Shown: positions 1 to 8,175, counted from the first letter of the stretch. The stretch: DNA of 29,360 nt from Candidatus Micrarchaeaceae archaeon (GCA_050013715.1 JBEKES010000007.1:1-29360); one strand, 5' to 3'. A program made the numbers and translations. Notes: a model not told the origin generated them from the letters alone.

Positions 1-2
1 TA

Positions 3-83
3 ACGGAATTGATTTCGCTAGGAAAGGAAGCATATGGTGTGTACAGCAATATTGATGTTGGTTCTATGCTAAAAAGATTCTAA
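3..83 (+). CDS. 3' end of a CDS running in from the left edge (…TELISLGKEAYGVYSNIDVGSMLKRF*), product unknown
   Basis: Open frame from the window edge to TAA at 81-83, converging on the next gene; too short to identify. Confidence 0.35.
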   Translation, partial: TELISLGKEAYGVYSNIDVGSMLKRF

Positions 84-102
84 TCAAAAGTCGCTTGATT
101 AA

Positions 103-438
103 TTACCAATTCATTATTCCAATTATGCAGCCCAGTATTATCAATACACCCGGAAGGAAGCTAGCCAATTCTATTCTGGATGTTCCTAAAAACGGCACAA
201 GGAATATCAATAATATGCACGTCAGAATCAAATCTATCCCAAGCCATATTTTGGGCCTTTTTGTTTTATCCATCATTAGTATTGCAATTAATATCGACAA
301 TACAGCAGATGGCAATAGCATCATCCAGGCGCTTATTGAATAAAACGTAAGGAGAATATTTCCTATGCTGCCACCTATCAATAACCAGAAGAAGGCAAAA
401 TTCTTGTTCTTCACTCTTCCCACAAGGCTTTTCGGCAT
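103..438 (-). CDS. Small hypothetical membrane protein (about 4 TM helices)
   Basis: 111-aa ORF, strongly hydrophobic, ATG 6 bp after the stop of the upstream gene on the same strand. Confidence 0.55.
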   Translation of the reverse strand: MPKSLVGRVKNKNFAFFWLLIGGSIGNILLTFYSISAWMMLLPSAVLSILIAILMMDKTKRPKIWLGIDLILTCILLIFLVPFLGTSRIELASFLPGVLIILGCIIGIMNW

Positions 439-444
439 GTTTGA

Positions 445-1071
445 TCACGTTGAATTGGATTTGCTATAGGATGAAGATAATAGTTTCTCCTTCAATTTAA
501 GCTGCTGCTTGAAAAGGGATTCTTCACTGAGCTCTTTTGCAGAAGGCTTAATCTTGTATTTTTCGCGTGCAGCTGAAAGCTCTTCAAGTACCTTTAGTGC
601 ATTTCCGCAGTCTATAGAAGCCATTACAATATGCGAAGCCTTTACGCTTTTATGGGCGTATAATGCATCATACACCTTTTTCGCTTTAAGTTCATATATC
701 TCTGCAAGACGTAACCTTGCAATTAGCTCTGGATTATGGTTTCCCAAGCGTTCATAGATCTCAATGCTTAGCTTTATTGCATCAATTGCAAAGTCGAATT
801 TTCCATCATGATTAAATGCACCCATCGCACTATTAAATCCAATAAATAAAAAGTTGCTTGCACATTCATTAGCTTTCTTTTTACTCAGTGTAACAAATAT
901 CTCAAGTGCCTCTTTACGGCCTTCTTCTCCACCCCTTTTAAGGCATTCCCACGCTGCACGGACCTTCAAATTATCAGAAAATCTTTCCAATCCTATATTT
1001 TGCAGGTATTTCGCTGCTCTCAGCTTTCCCGCATGGCCTTTAGGCATTTCCTGTTTTTTCCCAATTTCCAT
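445..1071 (-). CDS. Hypothetical alpha-helical (TPR-like) protein
   Basis: 208-aa ORF; helical repeat-like pattern (GKFDFAIDAIKLSIEIYERLG..ARLRLAEIYE); TATA-like TTTATATATAAA upstream. Confidence 0.6.
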   Translation of the reverse strand: MEIGKKQEMPKGHAGKLRAAKYLQNIGLERFSDNLKVRAAWECLKRGGEEGRKEALEIFVTLSKKKANECASNFLFIGFNSAMGAFNHDGKFDFAIDAIKLSIEIYERLGNHNPELIARLRLAEIYELKAKKVYDALYAHKSVKASHIVMASIDCGNALKVLEELSAAREKYKIKPSAKELSEESLFKQQLKLKEKLLSSSYSKSNST

Positions 1072-1154
1072 GCTATCAAATAAGCTTACTGATTTTATAT
1101 ATAAAAGACTTGCTTTGCAAGTTTTGAACCTTAAAATGCAATAGTAAATATCTT

Positions 1155-1250
1155 CGCCAGGGTAGGGATTTGAACCCTAAAGCCCGTGAGGGCACGCGCT
1201 TGCAGGTATAATTTCCAGGCGCGCGCGTTACCGGATTCCGCCACCCTGGC
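1155..1250 (-). tRNA. tRNA-Ser(GGA) with 12-nt intron at canonical position 37/38 (intron 1201-1212)
   Basis: Minus strand: acceptor GCCAGGG/CCCTGGC, discriminator G, anticodon stem CGCGC/GCGCG, loop CT-GGA-A[ATTATACCTGCA]A, long variable arm GCCC-TCAC-GGGC, T-loop GTTCAAATC; no encoded CCA. Confidence 0.92.
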
Positions 1251-1304
1251 ATAATTAGGATTTATTGTTGCGATATTTAGATTTAAGCTTTTAGAACGCA
1301 AAGA

Positions 1305-1544
1305 TTAATGGCTCCAAGCATATATGTCATGATGTAGTCCCAATCTCAAAAGATGTTCGAGTCTTTCAATATGTTCTTCTCGTTCTTCTCTGGATAACTT
1401 TCTAGTGGCTTTTATAACTGCACCAGTAAGTTCCTCTTTGCTGTCTACTCTACGTATTAATATACTGGTCCTTGAAATTTCTGCTAAATTACTTATCAAT
1501 TCTGGTACTGTTTGTATTAGGTGTACCTGTTTTTGAGCGATCAT
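1305..1544 (-). CDS. Small hypothetical protein (79 aa) between tRNA-Lys and tRNA-Ser
   Basis: The track ORF 1305..1622 overlaps tRNA-Lys; the first ATG outside the tRNA is at 1544 (MIAQKQVHL...). Confidence 0.45.
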   Translation of the reverse strand: MIAQKQVHLIQTVPELISNLAEISRTSILIRRVDSKEELTGAVIKATRKLSREEREEHIERLEHLLRLGLHHDIYAWSH

Positions 1545-1597
1545 TATACCATCATAATATACAATTTGCAAAATATTTATGCTTTTGCAAGCAAGAG

Positions 1598-1672
1598 CGG
1601 GCCCGGTGGGATTTGAACCCACGACTTAAAGGTTAAAAGCCTTCCACTCTGGCCAAGCTGAGTTACGGGCCC
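1598..1672 (-). tRNA. tRNA-Lys(TTT)
   Basis: Minus strand GGGCCCG...CGGGCCC-G acceptor, anticodon arm GAAGG-CT-TTT-AA-CCTTT, T-arm GTGGG-TTCAAAT-CCCAC. Confidence 0.96.
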
Positions 1673-1695
1673 ACGGTTATAGAAATGAAGTCTTA

Positions 1696-1703
1696 TTTAT
1701 AAA
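1696..1703 (-). promoter_or_regulatory. TATA box of tRNA-Lys
   Basis: TTTATAAA 24-31 nt upstream of the mature tRNA 5' end. Confidence 0.5.
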
Positions 1704-1747
1704 AAGATGACGTTTTGCATCTCTTTATCCTAGTGCATTAGAACCTA

Positions 1748-1762
1748 GAAAAGGTTATATAT
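1748..1762 (+). promoter_or_regulatory. BRE/TATA promoter of the peroxiredoxin gene
   Basis: Purine-rich GAAAAGG followed by TTATATAT about 45 nt before ATG 1804. Confidence 0.45.
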
Positions 1763-1803
1763 CTAAATTACATAATACTATTGTAACTTGAGCGGTGGTT
1801 GAA

Positions 1804-2367
1804 ATGATGAAAATTGGACAACGAATTAATGACTTTAAAGTGGATGCCTTAATAGGGGACAAAATAGAAAAAATAAGCTTTTCAGATTATGATGGAAAAT
1901 GGATGGTATTGATATTCTATCCTGCTGATTTCTCATTTGTGTGCCCTACTGAGCTTGAAGAGGCAGCAAAATACCACGAGGAATTCAAGAAGCTCGGCGC
2001 AGAAATACTGAGCATAAGCACCGATACTGCATATGCGCACAAGGCATGGCATGACACTTCACCGGCAATATCAAAGATAAACTATCCTATGGTTGCAGAC
2101 CCTACAGGAAAACTATGCAGGGAATTCGGCACCTATCTTGATGAGGAAGGACTTTCACTAAGGGGAACTTTCATAATAGATCCCGACGGTGTGCTTCAGG
2201 CAATAGAGATCAATGACAATAAACTAGGAAGAAACATATCTGAGACATTAAGAAAATTAAAGGCGGCAATACACGTAAGGGAATTTCCAGGGGAAGTATG
2301 TCCTGTAAATTGGTCGCCAGGAAAAGCAACGATAACCAAAAGCGACGAACTCGTGGGAAAGATTTGA
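1804..2367 (+). CDS. ahpC: Typical 2-Cys peroxiredoxin (AhpC/Prx1 family)
   Basis: FYPADFSFVCPTE peroxidatic motif, LRGTFIIDPDG, C-terminal GEVCPVNW resolving motif; GGTGG upstream of ATG 1804. Confidence 0.93.
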   Translation: MMKIGQRINDFKVDALIGDKIEKISFSDYDGKWMVLIFYPADFSFVCPTELEEAAKYHEEFKKLGAEILSISTDTAYAHKAWHDTSPAISKINYPMVADPTGKLCREFGTYLDEEGLSLRGTFIIDPDGVLQAIEINDNKLGRNISETLRKLKAAIHVREFPGEVCPVNWSPGKATITKSDELVGKI

Positions 2368-2482
2368 TAGAAGAATAACCGTAACTTTCCACAAGGTATA
2401 TATATTAAAACGTCCATAATAGATATAACGACGACAGAAGGTTGGGCCTAAGTTTTACATAAAATAACATTTAGGAGGTATA

Positions 2483-3220
2483 ATGCCTTCTGTCTTAGGG
2501 TTAGAGAAAATTACAGGTGATAAATTGCAAGCACAGAGACAAATCAATGATAATGAAATCAGAGCTAATGCAAAACGTTGGAAAAAATTCAGAAGAGAAG
2601 GTACAAATAGAATAACAGGTACTGTAGCCACATCTCTTCTAATGACCTCTTTAATTTGTGAGGCAGTAATTCCAGTTGCAATTAGTCTAGAACAAATAAA
2701 AAATCATCATAGGGCACCAAAGAATACAATTGTAGAAAACGTAGAATTTGATCAAAGCTATACAAATTATATGAGACCAACAATCCAATACAATTACTCA
2801 AAAGTTTTTAAATACAAGGGTTTAATTCAAGAAATGGCAGAAGAATATGATTTGAATCCTGTAATTGTTGCTTCAATAGTTAAAATAGAATCAAATGGAA
2901 ATCCTTACGGTGTAAGTTCAAAAGGTGCAGTTGGATTGATGGGAATAAAACCTTCAACTGCAGGGCTTAGTGAAGAGGATTTAATGGATCCTAGAAAAAA
3001 CATGAAAGCCGGAACAAAATACTTTAAACAATTATTGGAAAAATATAATTATATGGATCCGGATGATGCTATGAGATATGCATTAGCAAGCTATGCTGCT
3101 GGTCCAAACGCTATAGATACTAAAGAGGGATTGGTGATACCAAAACCTGTACAAGAAAAATATTTGGATCTTTTAGCAGTTTTTTCAAGTGAGATTGCAG
3201 AAATATGGAATACTAATTAA
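2483..3220 (+). CDS. Lytic transglycosylase (SLT/GH23 domain) with N-terminal hydrophobic anchor
   Basis: IVKIESNGNP (catalytic Glu motif), SSKGAVGLMG, NMKAGTKYFKQLLEKY and ALASYAAGP; AGGAGGT Shine-Dalgarno before the ATG. Confidence 0.88.
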   Translation: MPSVLGLEKITGDKLQAQRQINDNEIRANAKRWKKFRREGTNRITGTVATSLLMTSLICEAVIPVAISLEQIKNHHRAPKNTIVENVEFDQSYTNYMRPTIQYNYSKVFKYKGLIQEMAEEYDLNPVIVASIVKIESNGNPYGVSSKGAVGLMGIKPSTAGLSEEDLMDPRKNMKAGTKYFKQLLEKYNYMDPDDAMRYALASYAAGPNAIDTKEGLVIPKPVQEKYLDLLAVFSSEIAEIWNTN

Positions 3221-3309
3221 GGCGCTGAAAGTTGGTGTTTGGGTAAGCTCCCGGAGCAGGTAAATTGCCAATAAGAAATCTTTAAATATTATCTCTTTCT
3301 AGACCTATA

Positions 3310-3924
3310 ATGGTATTCATAGACAATCTTGCCTATTCGCTTTTTGCGATAAGCTTTGCTGGGTTTCTGATCCTTTACACAATAATCTCAATCTATCTTG
3401 CATATAGAAAGAAGCAGAAGGATTTCTCCTCATACTTGAAAAGCGCAATAGTGCCGCTTGCATTTATAGGAATTTACATGCTTTTGATGGGTCTATGGGG
3501 CCAGTTCACATGGCCGCTTCCTGGAAGCTACAATACGCTGTTCTATGATCCGTTGATATCATTTGGAATATTGCTTCTCACTTTTTCAATTTCTATAAAA
3601 TATAACGTAAAGCTCCAATATGTGGGGTTTCTCGGCCTCATGGTTGGAATCATGGTGATAGGCTACGGAATAACCGGCTATCAGATAGGATTGACTGCTG
3701 CTCCTGTTGCATTGTTGCTTATGTACTTATTTTACGGATTTGCGGGCATATTCTCATATCCAACTGCACTTATAGCTGACAGATTACCCGGATTCAAGAA
3801 AAACTTCTGGAAGGGCTGGCACCTGATGCTCATACTGTTCCTTGCTTTTATACTGTTGGCAAGCTGCATCTCAGCATTTGTAGGAGCAGCAGCGCTAACG
3901 CAGCATCTCATTACGGCACCATAG
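3310..3924 (+). CDS. DUF981-family integral membrane protein
   Basis: N-terminal FIDNL, WPLPGSYNxLFYDP motif, about 6 TM helices. Confidence 0.8.
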   Translation: MVFIDNLAYSLFAISFAGFLILYTIISIYLAYRKKQKDFSSYLKSAIVPLAFIGIYMLLMGLWGQFTWPLPGSYNTLFYDPLISFGILLLTFSISIKYNVKLQYVGFLGLMVGIMVIGYGITGYQIGLTAAPVALLLMYLFYGFAGIFSYPTALIADRLPGFKKNFWKGWHLMLILFLAFILLASCISAFVGAAALTQHLITAP

Positions 3925-3974
3925 CAAATAACCTAATTTAATAATATTAAGTGCCTAATCTATTAGTGATACCA

Positions 3975-5207
3975 ATGATATTCGGCAAGCCGTCAAAGCC
4001 AGAAGAAATCCAATATTCAGAAATGGAAAAATTCCTCGATTCCTCATTCGATAAGAAAATTAGCAATCTTGACTCAAGAGGATTAGTTATAACAAAGGAT
4101 CTTATTCGTGCAAAAGCAGGCTTCGAAGATGCATGTAAAACATTTGAGAAATTGAATGCAGAACCGGAAAAGGAGAATTTCTACATAGACAACACAAGCT
4201 CGATAAAAAGCCAGAAGGGCTTCTATTCCAATGCGGTAAGTCACGCAGTAGAGAACTGGGACCTTTCAATTAATGATTCACTAAACTTCTACAACCGATA
4301 CAATGCAGTATTGTCAGAGACTGAAAAATTCATAGCAGAATTGTCCAAGATAAATTCAAGCTTCAAGAAGGTTCTGTTTTCCTATTCAAGCCATCTTGAA
4401 TTGTTTAAAAAATCATTCTCGCTTATAGAAAGGCACAGGGACTCTCTAAGAAACGAATTGAATAGAAGAGCATCAGAATACTCGGAATACAAAATACTAA
4501 AGGACAAGATAACCGAATTAGATTCAGTAAACGAAAGATTAGCAAGTCTAAACCAGAAAATAAACGATTTAGGCAAGAATATTGGATCAAAAAACGACCA
4601 ATCAACAAAAGAGGAAGAAAACGAGATCAATGGGAAAATATCTGCAAAAAAAATCGAACTAAACGGCATCGAAAGCCAAATCAGAAACCTGCAGGGCAAA
4701 ATAAGCCCACTAACTCTTCCATTGGAGAGAGCTGCAAGAAAGTTCGATCATATCTCATCAAAGAAAATACAGTTGCACGTATTTACGGAGAATCCAATAG
4801 AAAACATAAAAACAGAACATGAATATGTTCAATTTAAGTCGCTTCTGGAGGAACTGGGCAAAAAAATAGAGGCAAACGAAATAGATGAAAAGAACAACAA
4901 GAATATACTGGAAAACATAACTAAAATACTCGATATGGATATGTATTCAATGATAAAGGAACTCAAGCAGTTCAGGGACAAGAAGTCAGAAATGGAACAC
5001 AATATAAAATTGCTTGAAGCAAACATTACTCGCATTGAAAATAAAAAAAATGATTCAAAGGAGGAACTGGAAAAATTCGAATACATCAAAAAAAGCGCAG
5101 GCACCACCGAAACTCAACTAAGGCAAATGAAAAGTGCTGTGGAAGGCCTCTTTTCAAAATACTATAACAGGAAAATATCAATATCTGGATTGATTATTTC
5201 CATTTAA
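3975..5207 (+). CDS. Long coiled-coil hypothetical protein
   Basis: About 410 aa, K/E/N-rich heptad pattern; no Walker motifs seen; ATG 3975 preferred to GTG 3951. Confidence 0.7.
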   Translation: MIFGKPSKPEEIQYSEMEKFLDSSFDKKISNLDSRGLVITKDLIRAKAGFEDACKTFEKLNAEPEKENFYIDNTSSIKSQKGFYSNAVSHAVENWDLSINDSLNFYNRYNAVLSETEKFIAELSKINSSFKKVLFSYSSHLELFKKSFSLIERHRDSLRNELNRRASEYSEYKILKDKITELDSVNERLASLNQKINDLGKNIGSKNDQSTKEEENEINGKISAKKIELNGIESQIRNLQGKISPLTLPLERAARKFDHISSKKIQLHVFTENPIENIKTEHEYVQFKSLLEELGKKIEANEIDEKNNKNILENITKILDMDMYSMIKELKQFRDKKSEMEHNIKLLEANITRIENKKNDSKEELEKFEYIKKSAGTTETQLRQMKSAVEGLFSKYYNRKISISGLIISI

Positions 5208-5664
5208 TCCTGTAAATTACTTTGATCAAATCTCCTATATTTGTGTCAGGTTTTATTCTATATTCATAAGGTATTCCATTATTTTCTATCAAAAATTCAG
5301 GATTATAAACAATAATGCCTGCAGTTTTATGATCCTGTGCATATCTGATTATATTACCGCTTTCTTCACCAAACAACTCATCATAAGTTGAGCAAAAAAC
5401 TATGTCCCTTTTTGATTTCGAATAGCTACCTGTATCTAAAAGCCTGCCCAGGTCTCTCAAACTAAAAGATGAATAGACAAATTCTCTTGGATTTAATCCC
5501 CTCTTTTTTACGTCATCAATCAATATCTCTAACATACTTGTACTGTCCCAGGCTCCAGACAAATCCAATATATCTAATATGGATTTTTGATTAGGCTGCG
5601 AGCTCAAATATTCTGTGAGTCTACTAGTTACTGCTTTTTTGCCGGCCTTTTTGCTCGCTTCCAT
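5194..5664 (-). CDS. Hypothetical protein (most tRNA-distal unit of the putative cassette array)
   Basis: 156-aa AT-rich ORF; its 3' end overlaps the convergent coiled-coil gene by 14 bp. Confidence 0.6.
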   Translation of the reverse strand: MEASKKAGKKAVTSRLTEYLSSQPNQKSILDILDLSGAWDSTSMLEILIDDVKKRGLNPREFVYSSFSLRDLGRLLDTGSYSKSKRDIVFCSTYDELFGEESGNIIRYAQDHKTAGIIVYNPEFLIENNGIPYEYRIKPDTNIGDLIKVIYRIKWK

Positions 5665-5746
5665 ATTATAAATTTGTAAGCAGAAATATAAATACCATTA
5701 TGTTTAAACTTTAAAAAACAGTTAGGGCACCATACATGTTATATGG

Positions 5747-5826
5747 ACGCCTTTGCAGGGCACTAGAACCAAGCAATCAGTTTCGATGACAAGTTAAGTA
5801 AAATAAGTCATTTTTCGCCCGAAGCA
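5747..5826 (+). repeat. Junction repeat copy A: about 69-bp conserved flank plus tRNA-Asn 3'-end core CGCCCGAAGCA (5816-5826)
   Basis: Hand alignment to 9046-9124 gives 59/80 identities with one gap. Confidence 0.9.
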
Positions 5827-5889
5827 AAGGTCATCAGAATACGCGACCCCCTTAACATAGTATTTTAATATCAATTTATTATGTATATT

Positions 5890-6537
5890 ATGAAAATACT
5901 AATAACTTCTACTGGGATTACAAATAAATCAATCTCGAATGCACTCAAAGAATTAGTCGGAAAAAATGTAAAGATAAAAATAGCTTTTATTCCAACAGCA
6001 GCTAATGAGAGTGACGGGGAAAAAGATTGGCTAATTAAAAATTATAACGAATGTGAAAAAGTAGGTACTGTTGATATTGTAGATATTTCTGCCCTTAAAA
6101 AGAAATCATGGTTTCCAAGGCTTAAAGAGGCAAACGTAATTGTAGTTGGTGGAGGATGGACTGCTTACCTTATGGAATGGTTTATTAAATCTGGATTAAA
6201 GAACGAACTTCCAAAATTATTAAAGACTCGTGTTTATGTTGGTATAAGTGCTGGAGGTATAATCCTAGCAAAAACAATACAAGCAAGGTCAGAATTCTTG
6301 TATGGCGATGAAGTTAATAAAGCTCCTGCAGGTTTAAGTTATATAAATTTTAATTTTAGACCACATTTAAATTCACCCTATTTTCCTAAAGTACGTGATA
6401 AATATCTTAAAACAGTTGCAGAAAGATTAACTGGTGATTTATATGCACTGGATGACAATTCTGCTATAATATATATCAATGGAAAGATAAAAGTAGTTTC
6501 TGAAGGTAAATGGAAAAAATACAGCAAAAGTAAATAA
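5890..6537 (+). CDS. Peptidase E-like protein (family S51, class I glutamine amidotransferase-like fold)
   Basis: IAFIPTAAN, VVGGGWT, YVGISAGG (nucleophile Ser), RPHLNS (His). Confidence 0.88.
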   Translation: MKILITSTGITNKSISNALKELVGKNVKIKIAFIPTAANESDGEKDWLIKNYNECEKVGTVDIVDISALKKKSWFPRLKEANVIVVGGGWTAYLMEWFIKSGLKNELPKLLKTRVYVGISAGGIILAKTIQARSEFLYGDEVNKAPAGLSYINFNFRPHLNSPYFPKVRDKYLKTVAERLTGDLYALDDNSAIIYINGKIKVVSEGKWKKYSKSK

Positions 6538-6576
6538 ATATCTTTTTAGCAATTGAGGGGTCGGAATAATCAATAG

Positions 6577-6590
6577 CGCCAGAAGCAGGG
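6577..6590 (+). repeat. tRNA-Asn 3'-end core copy (CGCCAGAAGCAGGG)
   Basis: 13/14 match to 9852-9865, intergenic, same orientation. Confidence 0.8.
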
Positions 6591-6730
6591 GATATCTTTT
6601 TGTGTCGATGCCTGAAAGTACATACTTTTACATACAAATATACGTAGAAGGAAAACTCGAACCGGGCTTGGCTAAGTGGCTAAAAGATAGTAATAAATAT
6701 TTCCATAAACAGAGTATTTTGAGTGATACA

Positions 6731-7303
6731 ATGGTAACAAAAACAGTTACAGATCTCTCTAGAGTTAAACATGAGAGTGAATCGTTTAATAGTAAGCTTC
6801 AAGGTACTGGATTCAGATTTTTAGAACAGATGGAATCTGTTGCAAATGATGCTAGAAAAGAGGGAAAAAGATTACTTTATGCTACTGCATGCCATATTGC
6901 AACTATATTTCCTGATTCAGCAAAACCAGAGATAGTTATATTAAGCCTAATAAAAAGAAAGGGATCTTTTGTTGAACAAAATAAGGAACCACGTTTCAAT
7001 GATAATTCACAAAGGATTATGCTTTATAATTTTCTTTTCGGAGAAAATCTGGAAAGAATAAGTATAAGAGAAGAAAATTTAGAAAAAACATTGCCAAAAA
7101 ACCTCAAAGATGTAGATATTGAGCCATTCTTGGAAAACCTTAAGGGGGCAGGACTTATACTTAGATATACTATTTGGTCTGCAGAAATACCCGTTGTTGA
7201 ATTAACTATATTAGGGCATGCTGTCGCCGAAAAAATAGAAGAAGCTAAGAGATGGAAAAGTAAAAAAGTAGAACCAAAAAAACTATTAAGACAACCTACT
7301 TAA
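6731..7303 (+). CDS. Hypothetical protein with possible C-terminal winged-helix (HxlR/MarR-like) motif
   Basis: ATG 6731 has GAGTGA upstream and a TATA-like TAAATAT near 6694; C-terminal LENLKGAGLI..VELTILG pattern resembles a wHTH wing. Confidence 0.6.
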   Translation: MVTKTVTDLSRVKHESESFNSKLQGTGFRFLEQMESVANDARKEGKRLLYATACHIATIFPDSAKPEIVILSLIKRKGSFVEQNKEPRFNDNSQRIMLYNFLFGENLERISIREENLEKTLPKNLKDVDIEPFLENLKGAGLILRYTIWSAEIPVVELTILGHAVAEKIEEAKRWKSKKVEPKKLLRQPT

Positions 7304-7358
7304 ATTTCTTGGGGTTCTAAAAAGTTGTATGCAACTGCAGCTCTTAGCTATTAAATTT

Positions 7359-7372
7359 CAGGGATTGAACCT
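7359..7372 (+). repeat. tRNA-Asn T-arm fragment (CAGGGATTGAACCT)
   Basis: 13/14 match to 9861-9874 (CAGGGATCGAACCT). Confidence 0.65.
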
Positions 7373-7426
7373 CCGACTATAAGATGCATTCTTTATTTTG
7401 ATTGCTAGATGACAAAGTTACATGAC

Positions 7427-7440
7427 CGCCCGAAGCAGGC
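7427..7440 (+). repeat. tRNA-Asn 3'-end core copy (CGCCCGAAGCAGG-C)
   Basis: 13/13 match to 9852-9864; 14/14 match to 9114-9127. Confidence 0.92.
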
Positions 7441-7446
7441 AACAGG

Positions 7447-7493
7447 ATGAGAAGTCCTATGCCCTTTATTTATCTCGGGCATAGTTTTTCACT
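7447..7493 (+). repeat. Hairpin-forming direct repeat, left of the vapBC module
   Basis: ATGAGAAGTCCTATGCCC-N12-GGGCATAGTTTTTCACT; CTATGCCC/GGGCATAG is a perfect stem; homologous to 8082-8124. Confidence 0.88.
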
Positions 7494-7498
7494 TATTT

Positions 7499-7846
7499 TT
7501 ATTCTATTTTCATATCTACTATATTACTCAATACTTCAAAACCATGATCTTTTGTAAGTAACTTTTCGTTTTTCGAATGGGCAGTAGAAATTATCATCAA
7601 ATCTGCATCAGCAACAATTTTTCTCATCTGCTTTAATGCACCATATAATCTCGAATACACAAGTACAACATTATCATCTATATCATAAACTTGAAACATC
7701 TGCTTTAATAGAACTAAAACTTCTGCCATTCTAGTGTCTGGAGTTCCTCTTATCACTTCCAAAAGAGTTATGGTAGAAATAGAACCGTACTGGTAGTCCT
7801 TCTTCTTACGCAACATATCTATTACAATAGAAGTATCAAATAACAT
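7499..7846 (-). CDS. vapC: VapC-family PIN-domain toxin
   Basis: LFDTSIVID, STITLLEV, ADADLMI, LLTKDHGF: the four conserved acidic PIN positions. Confidence 0.92.
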   Translation of the reverse strand: MLFDTSIVIDMLRKKKDYQYGSISTITLLEVIRGTPDTRMAEVLVLLKQMFQVYDIDDNVVLVYSRLYGALKQMRKIVADADLMIISTAHSKNEKLLTKDHGFEVLSNIVDMKIE

Positions 7847-7850
7847 TTAT

Positions 7851-8018
7851 TCAGCCAAGTTTGAATTTTGCCCTGAATAATTTATAACTTTTTTCAATGT
7901 TTTCAATATCTTTTTTTGTTAAAAGCATCTCTAATTTTTTAAAGGCACTCAAGCCTGCAGCTTCCTTTGCCTTTAGTAAGCGTATATCCTTAACTTCTAC
8001 TTTTATCTTTCCAGCCAT
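7851..8018 (-). CDS. Putative VapB antitoxin (55 aa; not in ORF track)
   Basis: MAGKIKVEVKDIRLLKAKEAAGLSAFKKLEMLLTKKDIENIEKSYKLFRAKFKLG*; ends 4 bp before the vapC ATG; GTGA upstream and TTTATAAA at 8048-8055. Confidence 0.75.
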   Translation of the reverse strand: MAGKIKVEVKDIRLLKAKEAAGLSAFKKLEMLLTKKDIENIEKSYKLFRAKFKLG

Positions 8019-8081
8019 AATCTCACTTGATATAATTAGGAAGTCTATTTATAAAAATGTTAGCAATTAGTAAGCATTACT

Positions 8082-8124
8082 ATGAGAAGTCCTACGCCTT
8101 TTTGTGTTGGGCATGGATTTCACT
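8082..8124 (+). repeat. Hairpin-forming direct repeat, right of the vapBC module
   Basis: ATGAGAAGTCCTACGCCT-N9-GGGCATGGATTTCACT; first 13 nt identical to 7447-7459. Confidence 0.88.
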
Positions 8125-8175
8125 AGTTTATTATTGTATTTAAAATTTATAAGACTTTGCAGTCCTAATTAATAT

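Noticed and set aside
1121..1135. GTTTTGAACCTTAAA resembling the tRNA-Ser T-arm (13/15 to 1167-1181)
   Set aside because: AT-rich, short and lacking the acceptor end; no cargo between it and the tRNA, so it is not counted as an att duplication.
1195..1216. Alternative Cys (GCA) or Leu reading of the first tRNA
   Set aside because: Using CTGCAA as the loop gives no 7-nt loop with U33; GGA with a canonical intron, long variable arm and G discriminator fits Ser.
1545..1622. N-terminal extension of the 105-aa ORF
   Set aside because: It is read through the tRNA-Lys T-arm (GSNP is the translation of the T-loop); the start was moved to 1544.
3975..5207. SMC/Rad50 ATPase
   Set aside because: Coiled-coil only; no Walker A/B or signature motif.
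6655..6686. tRNA-like words ACTCGAACC and TGGCTAAGTGGCTAAA
   Set aside because: The T-loop-like and D-loop-like words are on opposite strands and no cloverleaf can be built.
6602..6730. N-terminal 43 codons of the 233-aa ORF
   Set aside because: A better start with SD and TATA-like element lies at 6731; the extension covers junction DNA.
8039..8057. GAAGTCTATTTATAAAAA as another copy of the 20-kb repeat
   Set aside because: It coincides with the minus-strand TATA box of vapB and matches the tRNA-Lys promoter region (1688-1705), so it is better explained as promoter sequence.
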